From: Deltaproteobacteria bacterium
GTDB lineage: Bacteria > Desulfobacterota > Syntrophia > Syntrophales > UBA2210
Assembly: GCA_019313905.1 (NCBI GenBank)
Contig: JAFDAI010000005.1
Location: 2,997 to 66,996 of the forward strand
DNA length: 64,000 nucleotides
Reading direction: 5' to 3'
Below the pieces are notes generated by a model. That model was not told the origin of the DNA and did not search any database. It saw only the letters and a program-made list of their open reading frames with translations. Position numbers and translations under genes: made by a program. Below, piece after piece: positions 31,763 through 40,575 of this stretch (position 1 is its first letter; each line of letters begins with the position of its first letter).

Positions 31763-34700
31763 CTACTGGGCCATTATTCCCGGAAATGCCACCGCACCCC
31801 CTACTCCCTGAATAAATCTCCAGGCAAAGTCGTCAAAATAGACGGTTTCTCTGTCATCAACCTGAATATCGGCATTTGCGTTGATACCGAGGGTGTGCGC
31901 ACCGAACTCCGGGATGTCCTGTGTGTTGAAATTATAGTCTTCAGTCGTGAATGTTGGCGAATATACTATCGTCGGGTTACCACCACCGTCATAGCCGATT
32001 TCCACCAGCTTGTGAGTAACCGCTCCACACCCGAGGATGGAGTGAGTGATCGTTTTACTGGTATAGGCCTTCTTTTTATCGGCAAGTCCTCTTCCCCAGA
32101 TGACCTGGGTGAAATAATCACCTTGATCGGGCCACTTGATAATGCCCCTGTCCAACTTCTTTCTGTTCAGATCGGTCGAAGATGCGTTACCGAAAGATGT
32201 ACCGACATCGTTGTCGGGACTTGCGAAAAAGGCGGTCAGGGCATTCACTCTTTGCTCGGGGTTATCAGGATTACAATCGGACACCATCTCGTAGATGTTC
32301 ACCATAATGGTAATCCATTCCCTGGGATATATTCGATAGTTGTAAATCGCCTTGTCCGTCTGATTGGTGGTGGCGGGAGGCCTGATGTAACCCACAGGGC
32401 CACTCGCCCCTCCGGCAACCGGTTTCCCGATCGGGTCCTCCTCGCTTACGGTAGCCGGGTCCCTCACCACTTCCGCCCCGGGAAGCCCGAGCACTGTAAT
32501 ATCCTCTACCTCATAAGTTTTGAAAAGGCCGTAGATATCGGTGATCTTCCAGACCAGTATCGGCGTTCCTCCGCTTCCTTCATAAATGACCTCGACGTTT
32601 TGGGTCCCGTCCCAAACAGTTTCATAGTACACATATACCTCTTCGTGGCCCACCAGGGGCGCGTATGCCATCCGTTCCCAGGGAGAATAGGAGCCACACC
32701 CTCCCGAATCAGTGGCATCTTTCTGCCACAGGACGAGGTAGGGAATTCCATCAAATGGAGGGGTATCGTCCCAGTGGCTTTCCTGGAAACCCTCGCAATT
32801 GACAGGATCCGCAACCGTTGTCGAACCATGATCGTCATAGATTGAGTCGGGGATATCGTCGTTTTCAGTGTAATAAGTTTCCTCGCCGCACCCAGACCCT
32901 TCGACATGCTCGGCCCTGCCCTGTATGCCTCTCATGATGGAGAGCCCGTAGTAGGAATATCCACTGTCGCCAGAAACCAGTTTAACCCTGAAGGACAACC
33001 CGGGCATGTAGTTTCCCGGATGGTTCAACGGATCAGTTTCTGAAAGATCGTCTTCCACGTCTGTAAAGCGGATCTTGGTCTGGAGATCATATCTGAGTTT
33101 CTGTTCCGATTCATTCCACAGGGTCTGCAATGGATTGGTACCGGAACCCCAGTCAACAGCGCCCAGGCTTTCCTCCATATAGACATCTTCAGGCACAAAA
33201 GCTGAGATGACCTGTTCGGTTCCGGTCACCTTTATGGCCATGTCTCCATCAATCTCTTCTCCGGCGTGTGACCCGATTATGGATCTGACATTGTCAGGGG
33301 TCATCTCACCCTCAATAGTTCTGTAAAGTTCCATCACGCTCAGGGGTTGAAAAAGGGTTATGGACCTCGAAACCGAATCGCTCCCCATATTGACCGTCCC
33401 TGTTGAGGTGAACCTGGCAAACTCATTAAATGTCATGACCGTCTGGTCAGTTAGCGAACGGGTAAAGGGGGGAACACCCGGGGGACAGTGCAAACCGGTG
33501 AGTCTCCCGTTGTCTGTATCCAGATAATCGTACTGCAAGAAAAGCTCGGTGCCTTCCGGAGTCACTATGGTAAAAGTCCCCTGTACCCTGGGCAAAATTG
33601 TCAGATTGCCACTTATAGCGAGGTTGCTTGTCGATTGCGCTCCACAACTCGCGGGAGAGATTGTCTGATCACCGTTTACCTTCGCAGCCGGGTATACGGG
33701 GGCATTATCCACGGGAGTGCCGCTGGCGCTCGTACTCAAAGTAAATGTAACGGAAGAGCCGTCTACCGAGTAACCGGAATATGGCACGGTTTCATATGTT
33801 GAACCGGATGCATCGGGCACCGCGACGCGCAGGTCTCCGCTTTCAGTACCGGCTCCCGCGACAAAGTTGGAGGGTAAATTTACGGTCCCGATACCGCCAG
33901 GAGGTGTGACAACAAGGCTGTTGACCGTGGAATTCACGCTTAAAGACTCCTCAAACCAGTTCAGCTCCATGCTGAGCCTGAATTGATCGTTGTCCACAGG
34001 GATGGATTGATTCAGGAATAAGGAATCCATAAGATCCTGTCGATTGATGTTGAAATTGGCATCCCTGTGTTCCACGACCCTGCTGACCGCGTAATTCAGC
34101 CCGGATTGTGCCAGGTACTGGGCCTTTTGCGCATATGCAAACCTGATCGTGCCCGTGCTGGAAGAGCTGAAAAGGGAGACCATGGCGGCCCCCAGAATAC
34201 CTATGATGACTATTGTCACGATCACCCCTATAAGTATGGAGCCTGATCGACCCACAGGCAGGTAAAGTTTCAGGCCTTCAAACGTTCCGTGCCTTTTGAG
34301 CAACATGAAGAGTATCCAGCCGAGAAGGATAATCATGATCAGACCGGCTTTGTGGCACCAGGTAGCAGTCATCGTTCCCCTATCCTCAAATCCGGCTATA
34401 GCCACAAAACATCCGGGGGTTGTGGTCCCGGTACTTCCCGTTGGAACTGAGTAGCCGCTAAAGCCCTGCGGGACATAGACGTTTGAGGGCAAAATCTCGT
34501 CCACAAAAGTCATGCTTGTTCCTTCCGATGCGCTCAAACTCATTGAGATGCCTATGCGGGAAAGATCGCTGAGCCTGTCCGAGATCGACCAGGCATTCCT
34601 TGAATAATCGAGGTAGGTCAAGGAAAATGCCGACACATTGTCAGCCAATGTAAAGAAATTGCTGTAACCGTCGTAATCGCTGCTTTTAACCTGAAGTGTG

Positions 34701-34999
34701 TTCCCCGACAATCGAAAGGTTTCATCTATAAGTCTTCCATCCGGGCTCCGTCTTTCAATGGTGATCGTGCCAGTCCCCGCCGCGCTGATGGAAGTGAGAT
34801 TCTGCAGAGACATCCTCAAACGGGTCATGGCCAGCTGATTTGTCTGCGTAAGCGCGGCTGAATCCTTGGCGAAAAGGAAGGCATTGGTCATCTGGACAAT
34901 TCCAAGGCCGGCTACGGCTGACATGACAGAAACGATAAGCAAGGACACGATTATCTCGATAAGAGTAAAACCTTTATTTTTTCTGAACGGCATTTGCAT
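31763..34999 (-). CDS. 1078-aa pilin-like protein: PilW/PulJ-like pilin, GCF-TM segment, PilX-like pilin and large acidic extracellular domain
   Basis: N-terminal KNKG|FTLIE; PGCFVAIAG at Cys197 followed by a TM helix and KRH; second prepilin-like site GRSG|SILIGVIVTIVIIGILGAAM at Gly253 and AQKAQYLAQSGLNYA. Confidence 0.8.
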   Translation of the reverse strand: MQMPFRKNKGFTLIEIIVSLLIVSVMSAVAGLGIVQMTNAFLFAKDSAALTQTNQLAMTRLRMSLQNLTSISAAGTGTITIERRSPDGRLIDETFRLSGNTLQVKSSDYDGYSNFFTLADNVSAFSLTYLDYSRNAWSISDRLSDLSRIGISMSLSASEGTSMTFVDEILPSNVYVPQGFSGYSVPTGSTGTTTPGCFVAIAGFEDRGTMTATWCHKAGLIMIILLGWILFMLLKRHGTFEGLKLYLPVGRSGSILIGVIVTIVIIGILGAAMVSLFSSSSTGTIRFAYAQKAQYLAQSGLNYAVSRVVEHRDANFNINRQDLMDSLFLNQSIPVDNDQFRLSMELNWFEESLSVNSTVNSLVVTPPGGIGTVNLPSNFVAGAGTESGDLRVAVPDASGSTYETVPYSGYSVDGSSVTFTLSTSASGTPVDNAPVYPAAKVNGDQTISPASCGAQSTSNLAISGNLTILPRVQGTFTIVTPEGTELFLQYDYLDTDNGRLTGLHCPPGVPPFTRSLTDQTVMTFNEFARFTSTGTVNMGSDSVSRSITLFQPLSVMELYRTIEGEMTPDNVRSIIGSHAGEEIDGDMAIKVTGTEQVISAFVPEDVYMEESLGAVDWGSGTNPLQTLWNESEQKLRYDLQTKIRFTDVEDDLSETDPLNHPGNYMPGLSFRVKLVSGDSGYSYYGLSIMRGIQGRAEHVEGSGCGEETYYTENDDIPDSIYDDHGSTTVADPVNCEGFQESHWDDTPPFDGIPYLVLWQKDATDSGGCGSYSPWERMAYAPLVGHEEVYVYYETVWDGTQNVEVIYEGSGGTPILVWKITDIYGLFKTYEVEDITVLGLPGAEVVRDPATVSEEDPIGKPVAGGASGPVGYIRPPATTNQTDKAIYNYRIYPREWITIMVNIYEMVSDCNPDNPEQRVNALTAFFASPDNDVGTSFGNASSTDLNRKKLDRGIIKWPDQGDYFTQVIWGRGLADKKKAYTSKTITHSILGCGAVTHKLVEIGYDGGGNPTIVYSPTFTTEDYNFNTQDIPEFGAHTLGINANADIQVDDRETVYFDDFAWRFIQGVGGAVAFPGIMAQ

Positions 35000-35025
35000 G
35001 TGATATCCCCCTTGCCACCCTGCTT

Positions 35026-35442
35026 CTATATTTCAATGCTTCCAAACAACAGTGCGTAGGTCAGACCGGATGACCCGGTTATAGTAACTTTTAAAAGGTC
35101 ACTGGAACTCCCCTCAACAGGAGTCCCGCCAGATCCGTAACCTGTTGCACCGGCTGTAACGGATATTCCTATTCCAGAGGCAGTGACATCGAAAAGTCCG
35201 CCGGTTATATTAGTTTGTAAGTCACTGATGCTGCCCAGTTCCCGGTATGCCCGCGAAATACTATCGGCCACCTGGTTCATGGCATGAACTTCCATGGTCT
35301 GAATCGCAGGCTGGGTGCTCCGGGTGAACACTCCACCCATCATTGAGACCAACATGGCCCCCAATATCGAGGTGATAATCAATGTCACGATTACTTCCAA
35401 CAAGGTAAAGCCTTCATGATTTCCCAATACTTCAGTTTTCAT
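35026..35442 (-). CDS. Minor pilin (PilV/PulI-like)
   Basis: HEG|FTLLEVIVTLIITSILG. Confidence 0.85.
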   Translation of the reverse strand: MKTEVLGNHEGFTLLEVIVTLIITSILGAMLVSMMGGVFTRSTQPAIQTMEVHAMNQVADSISRAYRELGSISDLQTNITGGLFDVTASGIGISVTAGATGYGSGGTPVEGSSSDLLKVTITGSSGLTYALLFGSIEI

Positions 35443-35963
35443 AATATAAATCCTGTATACGGAGTAATGTTGATAGCTCTTAACTCTAACCCTTCAGAGA
35501 CGTTTATGGGTGCGGCTGCTGTCAATCTCACGGTCGCACCGGCGTCCGTACAGGGAGACCCCCAATTTTCAAAGGAATATGTAAAGTCGGAAACCGAAAG
35601 ACCATATCCGGCAAGATCGACATCGAGATCATCCTCACCTGGCAGCTGTTTTTTTGTATTTATATTTCCACCAGTAAAGAGCCAGTACTTGTTCTGGAAA
35701 GAGTGAATCCCCCACACGTCATTTGAACTCATGCTCTTCATCTGGGCGTATCGCAGATGAGACTTCAGGATTTCCGTTCGTGCCACCAGTTCCGAATGAT
35801 GATCTGTAGCTCTCACCGCGACAAACGCGGAGACTATTCCAATCAAGACCAAAACAGCGATTACCTCTATCAAAGTAAATCCTGATTTATTTGTCCTTTT
35901 GCCTGGACCGGAACTATTTTTAATCATTGTTGCCCCTTTTCTGTTGAGGTCTTTAGCCGACAT
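35439..35963 (-). CDS. Minor pilin (FimT/GspH-like)
   Basis: NKSG|FTLIEVIAVLVLIG...LKSHLRYAQMKSM; start may be at 35927. Confidence 0.85.
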   Translation of the reverse strand: MSAKDLNRKGATMIKNSSGPGKRTNKSGFTLIEVIAVLVLIGIVSAFVAVRATDHHSELVARTEILKSHLRYAQMKSMSSNDVWGIHSFQNKYWLFTGGNINTKKQLPGEDDLDVDLAGYGLSVSDFTYSFENWGSPCTDAGATVRLTAAAPINVSEGLELRAINITPYTGFIL

Positions 35964-36543
35964 TACAGGAATATCTCTCCATCGTATAAGTGAGAAAACC
36001 TCCTATAATAATGCTGCCGATCGTGAGCGGCAGCAACGCAAAGGTCACAATTGGAATTCTCAAATCTATCTGAAGAATTACACTATTGATGATGATTACT
36101 CCTACATATAAAAATATGCCGAACTTGGCCGATCTGACCGATACCGGCCGACCTGAAACAAAGGATATGCCCAAAAGAGCAAAACCGATCGCGATTGCAA
36201 AAGAAAACTCCGGCTGATACAGTAACCAGATTGCCTGATAACTGGCACTGCTGATGGTTTCCAGGCTCCGCGAGAAAACGATTCCCACTACAAGATAAAA
36301 AAGGCTTACGAGGATAAAGTAGAAACCGCACTGGCTCTTCGTGATGCTTTCCGGAAATAACCTGAACCCTTTTAAATCGCGGGGCCGCACAAGAAAGTTA
36401 CGGATCCTGTTAACTGTTCCATATCGCACCGGACGCAGCCCGATCCGGGCCATAACCCGGTCGGCAAAATCATCGGGTGGCTGTACCGGAGACACCTCTT
36501 TTATCATATCCATGATGGCTTTGTTTTTGATTTTATCTCCCAT
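35953..36543 (-). CDS. Putative membrane anti-sigma factor (about 4 TM)
   Basis: PVQPPDDFADRVMARI then hydrophobic helices; directly downstream of the ECF sigma gene. Confidence 0.65.
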   Translation of the reverse strand: MGDKIKNKAIMDMIKEVSPVQPPDDFADRVMARIGLRPVRYGTVNRIRNFLVRPRDLKGFRLFPESITKSQCGFYFILVSLFYLVVGIVFSRSLETISSASYQAIWLLYQPEFSFAIAIGFALLGISFVSGRPVSVRSAKFGIFLYVGVIIINSVILQIDLRIPIVTFALLPLTIGSIIIGGFLTYTMERYSCNVG

Positions 36544-36581
36544 TTAACAATCCCATAAGCCGGAAAAGCTGATAGCCTTTT

Positions 36582-36666
36582 GTTGGGTTTCGCACCTCAA
36601 CCTAACCTACAACTCTTTGTGATTTTTTAACATTTCACTCGAACCCTTGAATCCTTGAATCCTCTG
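36582..36666 (-). repeat. REP-like palindrome (GTAG type) and short CTTGAATC-type tandem
   Basis: Minus strand GTAGGTTAGGTTGAGGTGCGAAACCCAAC; plus strand GAACCCTTGAATCCTTGAATCC. Confidence 0.5.
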
Positions 36667-36696
36667 GGATCACACCTGATTAATTGTAGATAACGT

Positions 36697-36720
36697 GTAA
36701 CTATTCAGATGGATAGGCTG
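36697..36720 (+). repeat. GTAACT-type repeat end, copy 1
   Basis: GTAACTATTCAGATGGATAGGCTG, similar to 37383-37406 and to the reverse complement of 38325-38348. Confidence 0.65.
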
Positions 36721-36782
36721 ATCCTATGTATTATATGTACTATATACAACCGGCAAAGCAGAAAGTCACACAAACAGACAAA

Positions 36783-37355
36783 TTACAACCTTTTATCCGG
36801 CTCACCGGACTGTTCCTCCATCAATTCCCGCAGTTTTTCCAGCCCCCGGTACGCCCTCATCTTCGCGGCACTCAGAGAAAGCCCTGATATTTCGGCAACT
36901 TCTTCAAATGAAAGTTCCTGATAGAATCTCAGCACCACAGCCTCTTTCAGGTTATCCGAAAGCCTGTGCAGGCACATATTCAGATGACATACCCTCTGTT
37001 CGCGAATCAGAGAGTGCTCGGGGTTGGAAGGATTATCTCGCGAGAGAAGATCAGTATCCTCTGTAAAGTCACGCAAAAATACCTTTTTCCTCTTCTTCAA
37101 GTGATTCCGGACGAGATTCAATCCTATCGTATAGAGCCAGGTAAAAAACTTCTTTCCCTGATCGAAACGCCCGAGATTCTCAAACGCCTTTACAAATGTC
37201 TCCTGCGCGAGATCGCTCGCGTCCTCATAGGATCCCGTCATGCGGTAAGCAAGGTTAAATATCGGCGCCTTGTATGTATCCACCAGCAGGGCATAGGAAT
37301 GACGATCCCCCTCAAGGACGCATCTTATGATGTCAATCTCTTTTTTTTCTTCCAT
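36783..37355 (-). CDS. ECF RNA polymerase sigma factor
   Basis: DASDLAQETFVKA, FFTWLYTI (region 2); LSFEEVAEISGLSLSAAKMRAYRG (region 4). Confidence 0.92.
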   Translation of the reverse strand: MEEKKEIDIIRCVLEGDRHSYALLVDTYKAPIFNLAYRMTGSYEDASDLAQETFVKAFENLGRFDQGKKFFTWLYTIGLNLVRNHLKKRKKVFLRDFTEDTDLLSRDNPSNPEHSLIREQRVCHLNMCLHRLSDNLKEAVVLRFYQELSFEEVAEISGLSLSAAKMRAYRGLEKLRELMEEQSGEPDKRL

Positions 37356-37382
37356 CTTCCGCCCCGAAGAGGGTGAAAACTA

Positions 37383-37518
37383 GTAACTGATCAGGTGGAT
37401 AGGCTGTAGGCTGAAGACTGTAAGCATTTAGGTTAAAACTAACAGCCTTTAGCCTATCTACCTTCAGCCTATCTACCTTCAGCCTAAAAAGCTTCAGCCT
37501 GACTACGTGAGTAGTCAC
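37383..37518. repeat. Miniature inverted-repeat element with internal AGGCTGAAG/CTTCAGCCT units
   Basis: GTAACTGATCAGGT...ACGTGAGTAGTCAC imperfect ends; 15-bp tandem AGCCTATCTACCTTC twice. Confidence 0.65.
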
Positions 37519-37541
37519 AATTCCCTGAAGAGTGGGAGATT

Positions 37542-37823
37542 TTAAGCTTCTATCCGTTTTTTGATGAGACTGTAAACTTCTTTTCGATGGATTATACCGA
37601 GAATTAAAATATCGTCACCGGAAACTTTAAAAACAACACGGTAATCTCCGACTCTTAACTTCCAGTATCCCTTAAGGGTTCTTTGCAACGGTTTCCCATA
37701 GGCTTCAGGTTGCGTGGCAAGCCGATCTTCTATGGCTCTTTTGATCATACCCCTGTTTTTAACATCAATTTTCGGCAGGTCAGATCTCTTGACATCCGGA
37801 TGGTATTTGAGTTTGTATGCCAT
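37542..37823 (-). CDS. RelE/ParE family toxin
   Basis: YGKPLQRTLKGYWKLRVGDYRVVF...IIHRKEVY. Confidence 0.9.
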   Translation of the reverse strand: MAYKLKYHPDVKRSDLPKIDVKNRGMIKRAIEDRLATQPEAYGKPLQRTLKGYWKLRVGDYRVVFKVSGDDILILGIIHRKEVYSLIKKRIEA

Positions 37824-37846
37824 TGCCTTTTCACAAGAGCTGAGCT

Positions 37847-38074
37847 TTAAGACCATACATCATCATGGCTTAGCGCCTTAGAGTCATTCCATGATTTTTC
37901 CCTTTTTTCGGCAAATCCGGAAAGGGCGATATCCTCTTGAATCTCCATGGCCTCTTTGAGCAAATCTCTGACCTTAGCGGACAATGAAACATTATCCTTC
38001 TCTGCCAGAAGTCGGACATCATGGTAAAGTAAATTGTTCAGGACTACATTTATACGTGGATTTTGAGCCGGCAT
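37847..38074 (-). CDS. Antitoxin (RHH/RelB-like)
   Basis: MPAQNPRINVVL...SLSAKVRDLLKEA...LSHDDVW; immediately upstream of the toxin. Confidence 0.85.
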   Translation of the reverse strand: MPAQNPRINVVLNNLLYHDVRLLAEKDNVSLSAKVRDLLKEAMEIQEDIALSGFAEKREKSWNDSKALSHDDVWS

Positions 38075-38310
38075 GATCTTTTCCTCCGAATAAAATTGAG
38101 AATAAGTGTAACAGTGGTGACACACCATGTCAAATTAAAAAATAGGTGGGGTCAGACCCCATGACCCAACTGGAATATTGTCAAGACAATTTTCCATAGT
38201 TATAGAATATTGTCGATAGAGGAGTTAAGTGACCAGCTATTAGCGGAGAAACAGTAGATTCTCGTACCAAACATGGCTTCGAAATGCGCCGTATCCCCAC
38301 TTTTTCCTAA

Positions 38311-38348
38311 CAATCTTCAGCCTACAGTCTACCCACCTGAGTAGTTAC
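38311..38348 (-). repeat. GTAACT-type repeat end, inverted relative to 37383-37420
   Basis: Reverse complement GTAACTACTCAGGTGGGTAGACTGTAGGCTGAAGATTG matches 37383-37420 at 33/38 positions. Confidence 0.75.
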
Positions 38349-38488
38349 CATGGATGTACGTTTAGTTTATAATACCGTAATGTCAACGTTTTTTTCAAAA
38401 TCTGCTTGCAAATAACACATCTTGCTGTATATATGCCAAGAGGTTTGCCATAGAGAATATTCCCTGAACCGAAAGTGAGGTCTCTGTA

Positions 38489-39373
38489 ATGCCGGATATA
38501 ACCATCATTATCCCAGCATACCGCGAAGAAAAAGTGATTCCCGATGTCGTCGGAAGAATACTCCGCGTAATGGATGCGACGGGTCGGGATTATGAGATAA
38601 TAGTGATAGATGACGGGTCAGACGATAAGACAGCCGCGGAGGCAGGAAGTGCCGGCGCTCGCGTAATATCCCACCCATACAATATCGGTAACGGAGCTGC
38701 GGTAAAGACCGGGATCAGAAACGCGAAGGGTAAGATTCTGGTCACACTTGACGGGGACGGCCAGCATTCGCCCGAAGACATACCCCGCCTGCTGGAAAAG
38801 ATGGATGCCTATGACATGGTGGTCGGCGCGCGAACGCGCGATTCGGAGGCCTCTTTCCACAGAACCATGGTAAACAGGATCTACAACTGGTTCGCCACAT
38901 ACATGTGCAAACGCAGGATCGAAGACCTGACATCGGGTTTCAGGGCGATAAAAACGGACATTGCCAGCCGCTTTGTCTCCCTGCTGCCCAACACCTTTTC
39001 CTATCCGACAACCATTACAATGGCAGTGGTACGCTCCGGATACAGTCTCGTGTACGTTCCGATAAAGACAACTCGCCGCGTGGGAAAAAGCAAAATCAAG
39101 CTGGTAAAAGACGGCTCCCGTTTTCTTTTGATCATTATCAAGATTGCCACACTTTTTTCACCCATGAGGATTTTTCTGCCCGTTAGTACGACCATGTTCC
39201 TTGCGGGACTGGGCTATGGTCTTTTCAAGATATTCTTCATAGGAGGACAGTACGGCCCTACCTCCGCCATGCTGATGACAGTAGCCGTTGTGATATTCAT
39301 GGTGGGACTTGTATCAGAACAGGTGGCACAGTTGAGGTTTGACAGAGCAGAAATTTACGATGACAAAAATTGA
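38489..39373 (+). CDS. GT2 glycosyltransferase (polyprenol-phosphate-sugar synthase / DPM1-like) with C-terminal TMs
   Basis: IIPAYRE, IDDGSDD, NIGNGAAV, DGDGQH, DLTSGFRA. Confidence 0.9.
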   Translation: MPDITIIIPAYREEKVIPDVVGRILRVMDATGRDYEIIVIDDGSDDKTAAEAGSAGARVISHPYNIGNGAAVKTGIRNAKGKILVTLDGDGQHSPEDIPRLLEKMDAYDMVVGARTRDSEASFHRTMVNRIYNWFATYMCKRRIEDLTSGFRAIKTDIASRFVSLLPNTFSYPTTITMAVVRSGYSLVYVPIKTTRRVGKSKIKLVKDGSRFLLIIIKIATLFSPMRIFLPVSTTMFLAGLGYGLFKIFFIGGQYGPTSAMLMTVAVVIFMVGLVSEQVAQLRFDRAEIYDDKN

Positions 39374-39417
39374 ACAACCTTTTCCTATATATTCACTTTC
39401 AGTGGAGTTGATCAATA

Positions 39418-40575
39418 GTGCTGTCTAAAAAGAATAACCTGCTTGTAACCACATCTACTTTCTGGAGATGGAAGGGTGATGTAATCCCCTCGTTTGTATA
39501 TGATCTAAGCAAACGTTTGGCAAAAGATTTTGATATTTGGGTGCTGGCTCCACATTCCAGGGGAGCGGCAATATCCGAACAATTGGACGGATTAAATATC
39601 TTCAGATACAAGTATTATTTTAACAAATATCAATACTTGGGTGAGAAAGCAATCCTTCCTAATTTAAGAAGAAATCCCTTTTTATGGCTACAGGTACCCT
39701 TTTTTCTTATTGCGCAATTACTTGCAATCAAAAAAATAGCGAAAAAACATAACATTTACCTTATACATGCTCATTGGATAATACCACAGGGGATCATAGC
39801 TGTTTTATATAAATTCTTCTTCAATAGAAATGTTAAGATAGTTGTTACAAGCCACGGAACTTTGAACAATATTGACCGCCTGACTGTTGTCAGTTCGGCT
39901 ATAAAAGATGAAGTTGTGTCTTTAGGAATAAACAGAAATCTGCCTATTGATGTCGTACCGATGGGTGTTGATTTCTCACTCTTCAGTCCGGAACATTTTA
40001 ACGAAAGCATAAAGAAAAAATATTCTATTAATGGCCCTTTTCTTCTTTTTGTAGGACGACTCTCTGAAAAAAAAGGCATTGAATATTTAATCAAGGCTAT
40101 GCCCTCCATTCTCCTTGATTTTCCGGAGACAAAGCTGTTGATAATCGGCGAAGGAGAAAAAGAGTTTGATCTCAAGTCTCTTTCAGAAAAATTAAACCTA
40201 ATGGATAAATCGGTTATTTTTGCGGGTGCAATATCAAATGAGAATCTTCCTCAATATTATGCTACAGCGGATATTTTTATTAATCCCTCCTATTCTGAAG
40301 GATTCGGCCTTGTTTTTGTTGAAGCTATTGGTAGTGGGACCTACACAATTGGTACGGATTTGCCTGCCATATCAGATATTATAAAAGAAGGGAAAACGGG
40401 GTTCATAGTAAAACAGAAAGATTCAGAACAGATTGCGGATAAGGTTAAATTCATTCTTTCAAACAAATCGAAACTCATAAATATAAAGCACAAGGCCAGG
40501 AAAATAATAATTAAGAAGTTTGATTGGAATATTATTTCTAAAATATATAAACAAATATTAGCGTGTGTTAAATGA
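39418..40575 (+). CDS. GT4 glycosyltransferase (apparent short in-frame deletion)
   Basis: HAHWIIPQG, FVGRLSEKKG, EGFGLVFVEA. Confidence 0.88.
   Translation: MLSKKNNLLVTTSTFWRWKGDVIPSFVYDLSKRLAKDFDIWVLAPHSRGAAISEQLDGLNIFRYKYYFNKYQYLGEKAILPNLRRNPFLWLQVPFFLIAQLLAIKKIAKKHNIYLIHAHWIIPQGIIAVLYKFFFNRNVKIVVTSHGTLNNIDRLTVVSSAIKDEVVSLGINRNLPIDVVPMGVDFSLFSPEHFNESIKKKYSINGPFLLFVGRLSEKKGIEYLIKAMPSILLDFPETKLLIIGEGEKEFDLKSLSEKLNLMDKSVIFAGAISNENLPQYYATADIFINPSYSEGFGLVFVEAIGSGTYTIGTDLPAISDIIKEGKTGFIVKQKDSEQIADKVKFILSNKSKLINIKHKARKIIIKKFDWNIISKIYKQILACVK

Noticed and set aside
31580-32845. 421-aa plus-strand ORF
   Set aside because: Antisense shadow of the 1078-aa pilin-like gene; no recognisable motifs
37333-37518. 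61-aa ORF with RLKVD repeats
   Set aside because: Translation of the 15-bp tandem inside the repeat element, not a credible protein
37383-37518. Possible CRISPR array
   Set aside because: Units are short, abutting and lack unique spacers; no cas genes
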